Shown: in pieces, positions 1-16,819 of the stretch
Position numbering within the stretch: position 1 is the stretch's first letter
Layout of the letters: the number at the start of each line of letters is the position of its first letter
NCBI RefSeq assembly: GCF_009914755.1
Contig: NC_060938.1
Strand: one strand, 5' to 3'
Length of the DNA: 64,000 bases
From: the human T2T-CHM13v2.0 reference genome, Homo sapiens
Translations under genes and position numbers: made by a program
The notes under the pieces: generated by a model
What the model saw: only the letters and a program-made list of their open reading frames with translations
Told to the model about the DNA's origin: nothing
Databases searched by the model: none

Positions 1-1045
<1,045 letters not shown>

Positions 1046-1049
1046 CAAA

Positions 1050-1450
1050 GTGAAGGAGCAACTCATGTAAATGTTTGGGAGAAGAGCTTTCTAGGCTTCA
1101 AGCAAAAAGACCAGTATGACTAGAGCAGAAAGAGTGAAGGGCAGAGCGAAGTTGGGACAAATAGCTTTATGAAGCTATGGTGAAGACTTCAAGTTTTACT
1201 TTCAGTATTGTGTAGTCATTGGAAGACTTTGAGCAGAGAAATAACAGGATCTGACCTAAGTTTTGAAACAATGACCCTGACTGCTATGTGGAGAATAAAG
1301 GGCACTGACGATAGACTCAGAGTTTTATATTAGTCCAGAGGGTATTATATTAGCCCAGGCAAGAACTGATTGATAGAGGCCTGGACTAGGATGATAGTGG
1401 TGAATTAATGATAAATAGTTGTATTTGGAATATATATGCTAAATAAAGCC
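1050..1450 (-). mobile_element. Ancient L2 LINE fragment (continues at ~2979-3060 after the L1 insertion)
   Basis: Diverged L2-like motifs (cattggaagacttttgagcagag..atctgacc; ggcctggactagg). Confidence 0.55.
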
Positions 1451-1559
1451 AATAAAGTGGGAAAGTAAATTAGTACAGCCATTATGGAAAATTGTATGAA
1501 GGTTTTTCAAAAAACTAAAAATAGAGTGACCATATAATCTAGCAATCCCATTTCTGCTT

Positions 1560-1935
1560 TGATATGATTAGGCTTTGTGTCCCCACCTACATCTCATCTT
1601 GAATGGTCATCTCCATAATCCCCGTGTTTCAAGGGAGATACCAGGTGAAGGTACTTGAATCATGGAGGTGGTTTTCCCCATGCTGTTCTCGTGACAGTGA
1701 GTGAGTTCTCACGAGATCTGATGGTTTTATAAGGGGCTCTTCCCACTTCGCTAGGCATTTCTCCTTGTTCCCTTGTGAGGAAGGTGTCTTGCTTCCCCTT
1801 CACCTTCTGCCATGATTGGAAGTTTCCTGAAGCCTCCCCAGCCATGCTGAACTGTGAGTCAATTAAACCTCTTTCCTTTGTGAATTACCTAGTCTCGGGC
1901 AGTTGTTTATAGCAGTATGAAGATAGACTGATACA
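1560..1935 (+). mobile_element. THE1D/MSTA-type MaLR solo LTR
   Basis: TGATATG...ATACA termini; ctgatggttttataagggg and aactgtgagtcaattaaacctc motifs; 5-bp TSD tgctt/tgcgt. Confidence 0.9.
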
Positions 1936-2380
1936 TGCGTATATGTCCAAAGAATCTGAAAACAGTATGTCAGAGAGATATCTGCACTCCCATGTTTATT
2001 GTGGCATTATTCACAATAGCCAAAATAGGGAATCAACCTAAGTTTCTATTGACAGATGAATAAAGAACATGTAGCATATATACCCAATGGAATACTATTC
2101 AGTCTTGAAAAAGAAGGAAATTCTATCATGTGGGACAGCATGGACATTATGCTAAATGAAATAAGCCAAGCACAGAAGGACAAATACCACGTGATCTCAT
2201 TTATATGTAGACTCTAAAACAATTGAATGAAGAGAAGAATGGTGGTTATCAGAGACTTAGGGGTGGGGGAAATAGGGAGTTGTTCGTCAAAGGGTATAAA
2301 GTTTCAGTTAGACAGGAGAAATACATTTTTTTGGAATTTATTGCACAGCATGGTGACTGTGATTAAGAATAATATGTTGC

Positions 2381-2783
<403 letters not shown>

Positions 2784-4487
2784 TTACATATTTCAAACTT
2801 AGTAAGACATGGAATTTAAATATTCTTACCACAAAAGTATTTGAGGTGATGGATATGACAATTAGCTTGATTTAACAATTCAACATGTAAATATATAGCA
2901 TCACTTTATACCCCATAAATGTGTACAATTATAATTTGTCAATTTGCAATAAACACAACAGAAAATAAAATAAAGCCCACAAGATTTACTACAGGATTAT
3001 TTTTGTGGGATGAGGAAAAGAAAGGAGCTAAAGATGATCCCAAAGTCCTTAGGAACTGAGGGAATAGAGGAAACATTTTGCATTCGCAATACACCAGGAC
3101 AAATACCGCTAGAAGTAAGAATAATGGGTGTATCAGCTAAGGCACCTAACATGAGCATGAGGTGGAGTGTGGCTAGGAGAGCTTTACTGTGCTCCCTTTA
3201 TCTTCTAGTTTCCATTGTCTTTCTGATTTTGTAAGTTTTAATTTTAGTTCCCTTCTTGGAATGGTCATTGCCTGATCCTGGTCCACTGATCTTAAGACTA
3301 CATCCAGGCATTACTACCAAACTGAACCCCCAAAACAGAGCTCCCTGGTCACCAGGATGGGCTCTGGCTCTTTGCCTTGAGCTCTGCACGGTCATCTGTG
3401 GAACCTGCAGCAGAGATCTAGCTATTAGGGGCAGAGTTATAGTAACTCACCAAAGAAGACACCTCCCTCCTCTCATTGGAACTGCAGGATGACATACCCA
3501 GCAGTGACCTCAGCCAGTCTAAGGGTACTCTATGGGTCTGTGGCTTAAGCTAGTCAAGGTTCACCCATGGAACTGAGAGTAGGGTCAGTTTTTCCCAGTG
3601 CACACAGTGGAGGTAGACATATGAAGGAAAATTAAACTTCCTTTTTAAAGAACTGGAGAAAATGCATGCTGAGTGGTCCAAATGGAAAATACCCATTCCA
3701 TGAGGGAAGAGCATGCTCAGGAGATGGGTAGACAGAAAAGCACTTGGGAACATATGTGGTGCATGAACAATGACCCACCCAAGAATAATTATTGGGAGAA
3801 CGTGATGTAGATAATCTATTCTGAGCTCATTTATAGATAAGCATCTCTGAGGACACACACTTAAGTTGAACCCCATCCCGCCTTTAGGCGTTATAAGGAA
3901 ATGATAATGTGTGTGTCTAAGTCAGAGCTAGTCCTACCAAAGCACAGAAGCTTCTAAAAAATAATGCTCATGTGGACCCTTTTTCAGTCATCTTAGAAAC
4001 CAGCCATTCCTCTCTCAGATTGAAGGCAGTACTAGTCCTGCCTCTGGTTTAGAGAAGAGTTCAGAGATGGAAGATGGCTGGTCTCACCAGATGCTGCATC
4101 ACAGGTCATGCTGTGCTGGAGCTGAAAGGGATCTCAGAGGCTATTCAGTCCAATTCTTCAATTAGATGAGGAGAGGAAAAGCTTAGAGTTCTAGACACAA
4201 AATTACATATATATTTGAAGACTTACTTAACCTCTATGCATATTATATGGCCATTGTGCTCATAATTAGCTATTTCTGCTGGGTTCATGTCTGAAGGAAG
4301 GGAAACCAGACTGTTATGCTATATACCCTTTGTCTGTTCCTGTTAGTCATTCGTTGATTAGAAAAATGCTCACTGAGTATCTATCACATATCTGAAACTG
4401 TTTTCAGCTGAGAATACAGCAGTGAACTAGACAGACACAGATCTTGCCATTAGGGTCTAGAGGGAAAAAACAGAAAATGGTCAAATA

Positions 4488-4737
4488 GGTTGGGTGCGGC
4501 TGCTCATGCCTGTAATCTCAGCACTTTGGGAGGCCAGGGCAGGTGGATCACCTGAGGTCAGGAGTTCAAGACCAGTCTGGCCAATGCGATGAAACCCCAT
4601 CTCTACTAAAAATACAAAAATTAGCTGGGTGTGGTGGTGTGTAGCTGTAATCCTAGCTGCTAGGGAGGCTGAAGTGGGAGAATCGCTTGAACCTGGGAGG
4701 CGGAGGTTGCAGTGAGCCGAGATCATGCCATTGCACT
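4488..4737 (+). mobile_element. AluS lacking its 3' end and A-tail, within an L2 fragment (~4345-4860)
   Basis: Alu sequence stops at ccattgcact; L2-like flanks. Confidence 0.9.
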
Positions 4738-7099
4738 ATAGTCAGATTATTTAGAAATTGTGGTATTATAAAGGAAATAAAACAAGGGTTGTGTAAACTA
4801 GTGAAAAACAAGGGAGAGCTACTTTAGATAAGGTGGTCAAGGCAGAATTCTCAAAATAGAGTAATTCAAAGAATTTAACTAAATATAATCTGAGAAAATT
4901 TCAGCAGGCCTTGTTCAGCTCCAGACCCCAATGACAACTGAAGTTTGGACATTTGAGGTGACCCTTGAGCTACTCTTCTGTCTGATCCCTCAGGTTAAGA
5001 TGCCCTAAGTTGCTGGGAGCTTCACCAACTTGGCATGGTCCAATTCATGGAGACCATAGCCAAGAATGGCCTGAGAACCAGTGAAACTCCACACTGGTGG
5101 TCTGGAGAGAGGGAGCATCAGGACATTCAAGTTTTGTGAACTTTAGCCCTGTATGTTTCCAAACAGAGTCAGCAGTGCAGAACTTGGAATCCAAAAGTCT
5201 TGAGGGCCTCTTAATTAGTTCTTTGTTCCAGGAAAGAAGTCTGGAAACTTCATGCTGTTGAGAAAACTTCCAAAACAATGAACAACTTGGAATGCTCACA
5301 GATCATCAGAGCCACTCTCCTTCTTTCAACCTGGTGATAATATGTATTTATTCACATGCCCTTTGACCACTTCCCCCTCTTCTGTCACTCTAAGCTCCCT
5401 GAGAAGAGGATCTTCAATTCATTTATGCCTCCCGGAGCTCCTGGAACAGCACTGCCTTACAGATAGCAGGTACTCTATGACTGTTTATTCTATCAGTGAA
5501 CCTGGCAATTTGCAGAGCTTATGTATCATGAGTCTGAGCTTTTTCAGCTGGGGCCTCCCAGAAAGGCTTGGCTCCTGGTCCTCCAGCAGAATAATTCCAT
5601 CCTTGGGAGTTGAGAACCATCTGGAGTGGAGGCTCCCAGTGGGGAAGATGGAAAATCCAGCATTGAAATCAGGCTAGGCTAAAGACAGAACGCCCTCAGA
5701 ACTCACATTCCAGTGAGGTCCTGAAGGTCTCTGCCTCAGCTGGAGTCATGGACCAGAATGGGGGCTTCTTGAGACTCCTCTTTGTACTCAGGGCAGAGGG
5801 CTGAGCATCTCACCTGCTTTACCATCCAGAATGCCAGGATTCGATCCTAGAATTTGTATTCAGATGGAAACCCTACTTTCCAGTGCTTTTCATTTTTGGC
5901 TTTGAATCAAAAGGAAAGTCATTCTAAATGAAGAACATACTTAATGACCTTTCCCGAATGGAAGGCAAGATGCCCATAGCCCACGATGTTAGTCTGAATC
6001 AATTCCTTTCCTAGCATGAAAAACAACAATAACTTCCGAGGAAGGGGAATGCCAGAGGGGGACCTGAAAGGCTCTGGGGGTACTTTAGACACTCAGTAGT
6101 TGATTGTTTCCAAAGATAAACCGATACTTTTACCTTGCTGGCTTCTGAGCAATTTGTGGGGGTATGTGTACCAGGCTTCAACAAAATACCATTGTGAGGC
6201 TGAGCACCAAGTGCTTTGTGTGAAGGCCAGATCTGTGTTGGTGTGTGATGTGCAACCACGTATGGGCAGATGCCTGCTGTTTGGAAAGAATTGCAGGGCA
6301 ATTAAAAGACTTTTTGAGAGTTGGCAATATTGTTAATTCCTTTGCCATTTTATATGAGCAGGAGGATTAATTAGTGTTGGCTTTATGGAGTTATATCTAA
6401 ATGTATATGTTTTGGGTTAGATATTTCTTTTTACTAGATTAGTCAGACTTGTTCCCAACTGTGCAGGCCACCTCATGGGATTCATTTATGCTTGCCTGAA
6501 TGCTTCTTGTTTGCTGGAGTGTGTTATCCAGGGCTGACACCAGAACCATTTACAGCAAGGCTGCCTCTGTCCTCACAATATTACTTTTGAGGAAGAAATC
6601 AGAAGAAAAATGGGTAGGTATTTAGAATACAAGGGCAGACTCAGTCACAGAATTTCTTTTGTTTTTGTCAATTTCTGCAAATGACTTTTTAAAACAGTCT
6701 TATTTTCCCAATTGTATTTCTTTGATATTTCTTTGTTTTGTTTCTTTTACAGAAGACAAAAAGAGACAGAACTCTTTGCAGTAGGGGCATCTTTTTAAGG
6801 AAGCTCAGAATAGCCCTCCAGAACCATTTACCCAGACCTCTTCAATGTTCAAACATGAGCCTGTGAAGCTCCCAGTTCCTCCTTTTCTCAATTAAGCTAT
6901 AATTAGCAGAATAGTTGTTCTTAGATACTTTGGTGACCTTGGAAATATAAGATATTCCAGAAATAGATGTATTCATGATTCTCTTATTGCCCATGGTAAT
7001 GGGGGTGGTTTGTCTTATTCATTTCCCAGCACTGGTTCTAGCACATGGGAGTGTATAGTCAATGTTTATTCAATGAATGTTTGGCCCAGGGCTTGGGCC

Positions 7100-7290
7100 A
7101 TCATCTGGGGAAGGGGTTCTCCATGTAGCTTGTATGAGGTTTACTGAGATGGATTGTTAGCAGAGTTATTCTAGGCTCCAGCATCCTGAGTTAGGATTCA
7201 GTAGATCAGAGGGAGGGTCCAGGAATCTGTATTGTTAACAAATGCCCTGATGCATTTGGATACACATGCCCTTTGGACCGCACACACTGC
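7100..7290. mobile_element. MER5-like hAT-Charlie MITE
   Basis: gattcagtagatc...ccaggaatctgtattgttaacaa resembles the MER5A core. Confidence 0.55.
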
Positions 7291-7853
7291 AGGGAAAACT
7301 GCTCTGGGGAAGATGGCATTTTAGAACTTCAGAGGAAAAGTTTCTCCCACCCAGTTTAGGCTCCTTCCCATTTTGGTTCATGCCCAGGTTCTTCTCTGAG
7401 GATCCCCCATGATGACTCCCTCCTTCTTGGGTTGTTGCTTGGGAAATGTCTCCAGGTGCCACCCCTCATCCACCTTCTGCTTTCAGACCACTGTGGAGTC
7501 TACTTTGCTCCAGATCAGATTCCTGCTGTTCCTCCGGAGCCACCTGAGACTAGCATGACTGGATGGGACCCTCTGGTTTTGCTCTGGAGTTGCACACAGT
7601 TACTGAGTGACCAGGGTGCCTGGTTTAGGTGACCTTTCCAGGCAGCTGTGCTGTGTGTTTGACACAAGACAATGAGTGATATTCATTATGTGAGCTTAGG
7701 TGTATGAGTGAGATGATATATCTAAACTTGGCACAGTGCAGGATTCAGAACATAGGCTCCCTATGATATAGATGTTTCTCTCTCAGTGGATGGAAACCCC
7801 TTGAAGGCTAGAACTAGGTCTGATTTGGAAGAGCTCCTGAACTAAACTAGACC

Positions 7854-8320
7854 TGGGATAGTTAATTAATTACCTGTCAACTTGACACATAACACTGGTT
7901 CACTGGGAGCCCAGATGTTTGGTGAAACATTATCCTGGGTGTGTCTGTGAGAGTGTTTCCAGAAGGGAATAGAATGTATGATAGGATAGCTTGCTCTCCC
8001 CAGTGTGAGTGGCCCCTATATAATCCACTGAGGGCCTAAATAGAACAAAAAGGTGGAGGAAGGGAGACTTCACCTCTGTCTGCTTAAGTTGGGACACCTG
8101 TCTTTTCTTGTCCTCATTCCAGGACTTACATCATTGGCTCTCTGGCTCTCAGGCCTTTGAACTTGGACCAGAATTACATCACTGGCTTTACTAGGTCTCC
8201 AGCTTAAGAATGACAGATAGTGGGACTTCTTCGCCTCTATTATTACATGAGCCAATACCTTATAATAATTCTCTTTATATCTCACTGGTTGTGTTTCTCT
8301 GGAGAATCTTGACTAATATA
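7854..8320 (+). mobile_element. MLT2 (ERVL) solo LTR
   Basis: tgtcaacttgac, aaacattatcctgggtgtgtctgtgag, gagggcctaaatagaacaaaaagg, tttctctggagaatcttgactaatata. Confidence 0.88.
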
Positions 8321-8755
8321 AGGCCTCCTGAGCACTGGAGCTAGAGCTGGCATTCACCTGAACATTAGATATCAGTCTAATATACTCACAAAATAAACTA
8401 AATAGCAAATAAAATAACTAAATAGCAAAACCCCAGGGATGCATCAGGTGGGCAGTCTTTAGCAACAGCTAAACACTGAAGGGGATGTTGACAAAGTGAT
8501 ATAGGAGGTAACTATGCACAAGGCCTTCCGAGCAGACCTGGTCAGTAGCACATGGCAGGAAAACATCTTCACATTCAGAAGCTGGGAATACTTAACACCA
8601 CCCCTCCTCATCCTCTCCCCACTGCTGAAGGAGCAGAGAAAACATTTTGGAGCAGGCAGATCTTGGTGTGTCTGCATTACATAAGAGTTGTACTTCTATA
8701 ATAGCATAAATGTGTGCAGTAGCTAACAAAGAGGAATGGCTGTCTGGTAAGAAGC

Positions 8756-9699
<944 letters not shown>

Positions 9700-10649
9700 G
9701 TGTCAACCCATAACAGCAGTCAACTGTCTGCCACATGAGGTAAAGCAACACGATTAACTTTACCATGACAATCTCAGCTGTTCTACTTTCTTATTTGCAT
9801 GTATTGTTTAATTCAGTCTAAAGGTAACTTGTGCTCTTTAAATGTTAGATGATAATAAAAACGATAAAATCAATTGGAAAAGGATAAGGTCTAGGAACTT
9901 CAGAGAACATAAAAAATTAAAAATATCATTACTGTCATTATCATCATCAATCCAGCCATTTTTGCATCTACCTACTTCCTTGCTATAATAGCCATAAAAA
10001 AACCCCACAGCCACTCTACTGGCAAATAATATTAAAGCCCTCAGATAGAAATCTAAGAAGCAATAACACTGTGTAGTTACTAAACTCCACACTCATGGGA
10101 ATTGTTAAGTAACTCTAATCATTTATGAAATTTAGTCTACTGGAGTCATAAAATTGATTTTTCAAACATTTATATTCATTATTTAAACACTCGTTCCCAG
10201 ACTTGGCCATAGAGAACACATAGAAAAGTCAGTTTATTCATTTCAGACATTTTGGGACTACGTACATGTCAAAATTTATAAATATTTTAAAAACCTTTTA
10301 GAGCTATAAAGTTATTATGTAATGTTCTCTTAAAGTAGCTGAATCTATTTATTCCAACTTTTTATTTCAATGGAAAGCATAGTTCCAAGAAAATAAGAGC
10401 ATGATATTTTCTACTTAAAATCTTTTTTTATAAAGCTTATTAAGAGGCATCAAATAAAGACAATAAAGAACCTTGAAACAGAATTATTTTTAACTTTTAA
10501 AAATAATTTTTCAGTCCTTGCTGCTGTTCCCTGGAACTTTCTGATGAGTGCTCATCAGTGGGGCAGACAGGTGCCAATCTGTGTTGGCAATTTGTAGGAA
10601 GGAGGCACCTGACTGGTGGACCGTGTCTGACCCAGTAAGAGAAGATGCA

Positions 10650-10947
10650 GGCCGGGCCTGGTGGCTTATGCATGCCATTCCGGCACTTTGGGAGGTTAAA
10701 GTGGGCGAATTGCTTTAGTCCAGGAGTTTGAGGCCAGCCAGGGTGACATGGTAAAACCCTGCCTCTATTAAAAAAAAAAAACAAAAACCCAAAATTAGCC
10801 AGGTGTGGTGGCACACACCTGCTGTCCCTGCTACTTGGGAGGCTGAAGCAGGAGGATGACTTGAGCTTGGGAGGTGGAGGCTGCAGTGAGCTGGAGTGCT
10901 ACTGCACTCCAGAGTGAGACTCTGTCTCAAAAAAAAAAAAAAAAAAA
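10650..10947 (+). mobile_element. AluJ
   Basis: Alu dimer with J-type diagnostics and poly(A). Confidence 0.92.
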
Positions 10948-11199
10948 TGTGTGGGCTCGGGGGAGGCTGGCTTCACTGAGTCATGTGCTATGTGTATGGG
11001 AAAAGACCCTACCCAAGAATGGCTGTGCCCCCCACATCATGAATTTGGAAGGGGCTGAGATTCATCTGAAGCTGCTCCATCCTGTGCATGGCCTTTTCTG
11101 TTCTTTTCCTGTCCTTTTTCTTTTCCTTTCCTTTTCCTTTTCCTTTCCCCTTTCCTTTGAGATTCATCTGAAGCTGCTCCATCCTGTGCATGTCCTACC

Positions 11200-11520
11200 T
11201 GCCTTTTCCTTTTTTCCTTCTTTTCTTTCTCTCTTCTTTTCTCTTTCAAGTTTCACTCTTGTCACCCAGGCTGGAGTGCAATGGCATGATCTCGGCTCAC
11301 TGCTAACTCTACCTCCGAGTTTCAAGTGATTCTCCTGCCTCAGCCTCCCAAGTAGTTGAGATTACAGGCGTGTGCCACCATGCCTGGCTAACTTTTTATT
11401 TTTAGTAGGACGCAGTTTCACCATGTTGGCCAGGCTGGTCTCAAACTCTTGACCTCAGGTGATCCAGCCGCCTCAGCCTCCCAAAGTGCTGGGATTACAA
11501 GTGGGAGCCACCATGCCTGG
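11200..11520 (-). mobile_element. AluS with a (TTTCC/TTTC)-degenerate tail
   Basis: Antisense Alu dimer. Confidence 0.92.
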
Positions 11521-11919
11521 TCCTGCATGGTCTTTCTCTTTCTCACACGATGTTATGCAAAAAAGGTCTCTGTCTAGTGAAGATGTCCTAGGTGACTACC
11601 ATGCCAGGGCCACCACTTCTTTGGCTGGGCCATGGAAGAAGTATCTATGCCAAGAAACGGCCTGGGCCTTGGAAAAAATGTTTTCCTCATGCCCTCACAC
11701 AGCAAGGGCAGACCAGCTAGGACTCTTTTCATGGGATATACACAGGGCCCTCTTCTGAACTGCAGAGCCTGGAAAATTTGTACGAAGCTTGTTCCTTCCC
11801 AGCAGCCCTGCCCTTTGATAAACTTCGATGTCACCAGCTGCTTTATTGCTCCTGCTTTATTGATGCCGCTCTCATCTCCTCTACCAGCCACACAAACATG
11901 GGGCACTCACTGGAGTGTT

Positions 11920-12355
11920 GCTATGTCTTTAAGTGAAATTCACATAACATACCATTAACCATTTTTAAGTTTACAATTCAGAGGCATTTATACATTCACA
12001 GTGTTTTGCAAACATCACCTTTACCTAATTGCAAAACATTTTCATCACCCCAAACGTGAACTCCACACCCATTAAACAGTCCCTCCCCCTTTGCCCCCAC
12101 CTGCCCTAGCTCCTGGCAACCAGTGATGCAGTTTCTGTCTCTATGGTTTTACCTATTCTGGATATTTCATATAAATGGGATCATACAATTTATGGCTCTC
12201 AATGTTTGGCTTCTTACAGTTGCCAGGATTTTTTTCAAGGTTCGTCCATGTCGTAACATGTGTAAGGACTTAGTTCATTTTCATGGATGAATAATATTCC
12301 ATTGGATGGATGTATCATTTTTTGTTTATCCATTCATTGATGAACGTTTGGGTTT
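11920..12355 (-). mobile_element. L1MB-type 3' end fragment
   Basis: aacattttcatcacccca, cctggcaacc, ttctggatatttcatataaatgg, aataatattccattg. Confidence 0.82.
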
Positions 12356-13292
12356 ATTGCTATTGCTATGCCCTCTGTTTTCTTTGTTTACTTCCTTTTT
12401 TGGGCAGAGAACCCTAGGCTAAAGTCGTTGACTATGGGCTCGTGGGCGTCTTGAAAAGGTGACATACACAGTGTGTAGACTCTGGGGGACTGAGCTTTAC
12501 CATTCCAGAAAGTGTTTGTGTCTCTCTTTCTGAAAGGACTTTCTGACTTGATCAGCCACCAGCTTGGGACTAACAGCCCTTCCTGCAAGGGTGTTCTTCC
12601 TCAAATGGGTAGCACTTGCACTTTCCATGGAAAGAGCTGGTTTCATCTTCCTTTCCTGGGAACTCAGCATCACTCTTGCAGGTTGTCTTTCCTGTCTCAT
12701 AAGCTTGCTTTTTGCTTACTTTTATTGCTCTCACATTTCTCCAAAGACTCATAACTTCTCATACTCCAAGCACAGAGGTAGGGCTTGGAGGTTGTGATAT
12801 AAACCCAGCAAGTGGCTAGCTCTTTTCAGTGTTCATGTTTTCCCTACTTGAATGTGGGGCCTATGGAAATGTTAAGTTGCCTTGCAGTTTCAGAAATGCC
12901 AAGTGCTAAAAACATTATGTGTTTAATGGAAGGCCTAGGTGATTTTAAAAAACCTCAGCTATCAGGCTCCTTGTGGCTAATGGCAATAACACTGCTGCCC
13001 AGGTAGGCTTTGAAGGACAGGCCATAATTCTTACTTGGGGCTCTGCTCACTCCACAAGTCATTCCAGCTCCATCTTCAGTTTTGTAATGTTACCAGGGTG
13101 CCCATTGGTATTAAAGCCCACGGCGGCCCAAGAATTCTCCTGTCAGTTGTATCAAGTGTGTCCCTATAAGCTCTACCATGTACCTACAGTCCTAGGGCTA
13201 GAGCTGGTTTTGGCTTACTTTCCTCATTGAGACAGTTTAGGTTCACCCAGAGGTGACTCTACACTTGTAAAATCCCCAGTCTGCTGGCATGA

Positions 13293-13630
<338 letters not shown>

Positions 13631-14914
13631 GACAGCTCTTTAAATGTGCAGAGTGTTCTCTACCATGAAGCCCAGGTGGGCCCTTATGACATATGGGGAA
13701 ACCACTTCTAGCTGCATAGCATGTCGGGGGGCCTTGCTGGGCCCTTCTGGCCCACACCACTGATGCCTCCTTTAGTTTGTACTTTTAAATTACAAGAGTG
13801 AGAGGATCACATCACAAAGCCAAAGATTTCAGTTCTATTCTGGATGAAAGAAAAATTTATCCTAGCCCTCTCCGTGAATGTGTGCCTAATGAGTTAGAAA
13901 CAAAAACCCATAAAGTTTTCCTGTTACTGTGAGGCTTGATTCACCTGTTTATTCAGGCTTTTCCTGGAGTTGGGGTGACTGACGGGTTGCGTGTGGTGGA
14001 AGGGCCTCCTGGAGACCCATGAATGACATCTGGGCCACTGTGTTTTTGGACGATGTTCATTAGGTCAGAACTGTGGACAGGGAGGAATGTTTTCATTACA
14101 AGGCTTGGTGCAGCTTCATGAGAAAAGGAATCTAGGGAAAGCTTCCAACACCCAAATTATGCTGCAGGCACAGGACCAATGGTGGCACTCTCTCTCCTCC
14201 ACTCCCTCCTGCCTGACCCTCCCCTGTCAACACTGTCTCAATTTAGTTATAAGCAAGACCAAGCAGAAGTTCTCCCTTACCGCCTCTCTCCATGTCATTA
14301 CACAAGCACCTTCCAGAAAGAACACAAGGGCCAGCTCTGAGAAATCTAGGGTAATCCGCTTCGTGACCTGCAGTGGAAGGAATTTGGGCCTTGTGCCAAC
14401 ATGCTGATGCCACGAAGGTTAACTAGTATTAAAAACAGGGTGGAGAACCCCATCAATAAATAAGAGGAAGTAAGATTTGGGACTGCTTCTGCAGCCTGAT
14501 TAAATAGGGAGTTTTATCAGGGGAAATTCTGCACCCATATGGGGGCTCACCCTGGGTCCTCAGTGCTCACACTGCCCTCTCCTCCTACTCTCTCCTGCCA
14601 TGTGCCTGTCTCCTGGGAACAGTCCCCCCAATATTGTCCGAAAAGCTCACACCTCCATGGTCTATTCTGGATAAATGCAATCAGTGAGGAATGTTTCTCT
14701 GTGAAATGGGACCTGAGGCTTGAGGTCCTTAGGTTTGGCATGAAAGGAGACAGGGGAGGTGGGACAGCCCCAGCCCCAGGGAGTCTCTCACTGCCTGCTC
14801 CAGGCCCTCAGCTGGGCACATTATGCAGGCTGACTTGATGTATACTCCCTGTGATCCTGTAAAGTACAAATGATTATATTCCAGATGAAGAAACATGGTC
14901 TCAGAGAAGTTAAG

Positions 14915-14920
14915 TTTATT
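14915..14920 (-). terminator. Candidate poly(A) signal AATAAA for the minus-strand lncRNA
   Basis: TTTATT on +; lies at the far end of the predicted ~1.85-kb terminal exon. Confidence 0.45.
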
Positions 14921-16819
14921 TTGCTCCTTGCTGTTCTCGAAAGATTTGAGGTATTTAACAAAAGTGCTTATGATTCAAAAGGAAAACAATACAGGCTTGA
15001 TGGGGAGAAGGAAGATAAAGGCAATGCTTGGAAGGCGTGATAAGCTACCCAGAAATGTACACCATGCTGGGCTGGTCGAGTGGTCAGAGGTGGCCATACG
15101 TTTGGCTCGGGGTTTCCTAGAAGCCAAAACAGAAGGAACACAATTTATATTTAGAAAAGTGAAGCAACTGACACAGGAAGTAGAGTAGCCAGGATTTGAA
15201 CCCAGGTTTTTCCAATGCCAAAGCTCATTCATTCCCTCATTTGTTTGTAAGTTGGGACTTGTGTTACGGTCTTCAATGGAGGCTGAGGTCCAAGTCACAA
15301 GAAGTCCAAGGCACAAGAAGCTCAACTGCAAGTCCTGCCACACAGTGACAACAGCCACCAATGTGCTGTCAAGATTTGGATCAAACACTCCATGCCAGGC
15401 TCATCAAGAAGCAGCTAGATGGGGTCTGCCCCCTACACATTCCCCTCCCAGTGGCCCCTCCCTAGCCCGTATGGGTCCTCCTAGCACCCAGGCCATGTGT
15501 GGTGAGGGGCTGACATCTCATCAAGGGAGAGGGGATACTTTCCCTTCTTGGATGCCACATGTAAAGACTGGGGAACCATATGAAGGGAAACTACTTGGCT
15601 GGAGGTTTGCTGAGCTGTAGAATCCACAGGCTCACCCTATGCTGTCACCAAAATTCAGCATGATGAGAGAGCTCTTGGACAGGTCAACCTGGGTCCTCGA
15701 GGGAGAGGGAACATGGATGTAAAGACTGGTGCCCACACAGGCCTATACAGTTCTGAAGGCAGAGGCCCCCTGGAGTCGTTGGTACCAGTCAGACTTGATG
15801 GGATTGTGGGGCAGTGTCTCTGGGAAGAGGAGAGGGCAGCTCCAACCCTATCAGATTCTCCACAGCCCTTGGAGGGCAGGAAAAGTATCTTAGAAGGTTG
15901 TCTTCTTCTTGGCTCATTCTTAGAAGAGTTACCAGGGCAGGTAAAAACAAAAACCAGAACCCCAAAATCCTTTAAGGTAGAGACTTTGAACAAATTGTTG
16001 AAATCTATTAAGTCCTTAGTTTGTTCATCTATGAAATGGGCATAGGACCCTTTCCTCTACCCCCCTAAATTTTGTGAGGCTTCACTGAAACTGGTGTAGT
16101 ATGTGTCTCATGGGCCTGACTCACATAGGTCACTTGAAACATGGTTGTGGAATCTGGTTTCATGTTATCTTTGTTTTTGTCTTCTTCTTTTTTTTTTTTT
16201 TTTGAGTCTGTTCTGTTCTGAGGAATCACCAGGATATACTGTTCTTGTGAATTGCAGTCCTGTCTTCTTACTTGTACTGCATTAAAATCTTCTGGAGAAT
16301 TTTAAAAACACATATTCCTGAGCCCAGTCAAGTTTCTGTCTCCATCTGCCAGAGGGAAACACTAGAATCAGAAGGTTAAAAGCTCCCCAGGTGATTCTGT
16401 AGTGAAGTATGAGTACTTCTGCATCCGGCTATGCTTGGAAATCCTGAGTGGATTGTAGGTGTTATCCGCCCCTTGCTCAAATAGCACTCCTCTGCTTCTA
16501 TAAAATTTGTGAAATTCCCACGAGGCTCTCACCTTGGCCTGAAAAGCAAAGTTATTTAAAAAGAGTGCAGAGAGCCATTGTTAACTACTACTATTCCAGC
16601 TCTGATGGCTTATTGGATCAGCTCATCAACCTCAGATGTCCCTGAAGGAGCAGGGCTTCTAGATAGATGCCCTTTGATGAGTGAGTCGCTGAGAATTATT
16701 CCAAGCCATAGAATCTTGCTTGGGCAGCCAGTGAGAGGTGGTACCTTGAAGAGGAAAGAAAGGGGAATAGAAAAGGAAGCTAGTCTCTCTCATTTAATTA
16801 GCCTTTGTATCATGAATAA

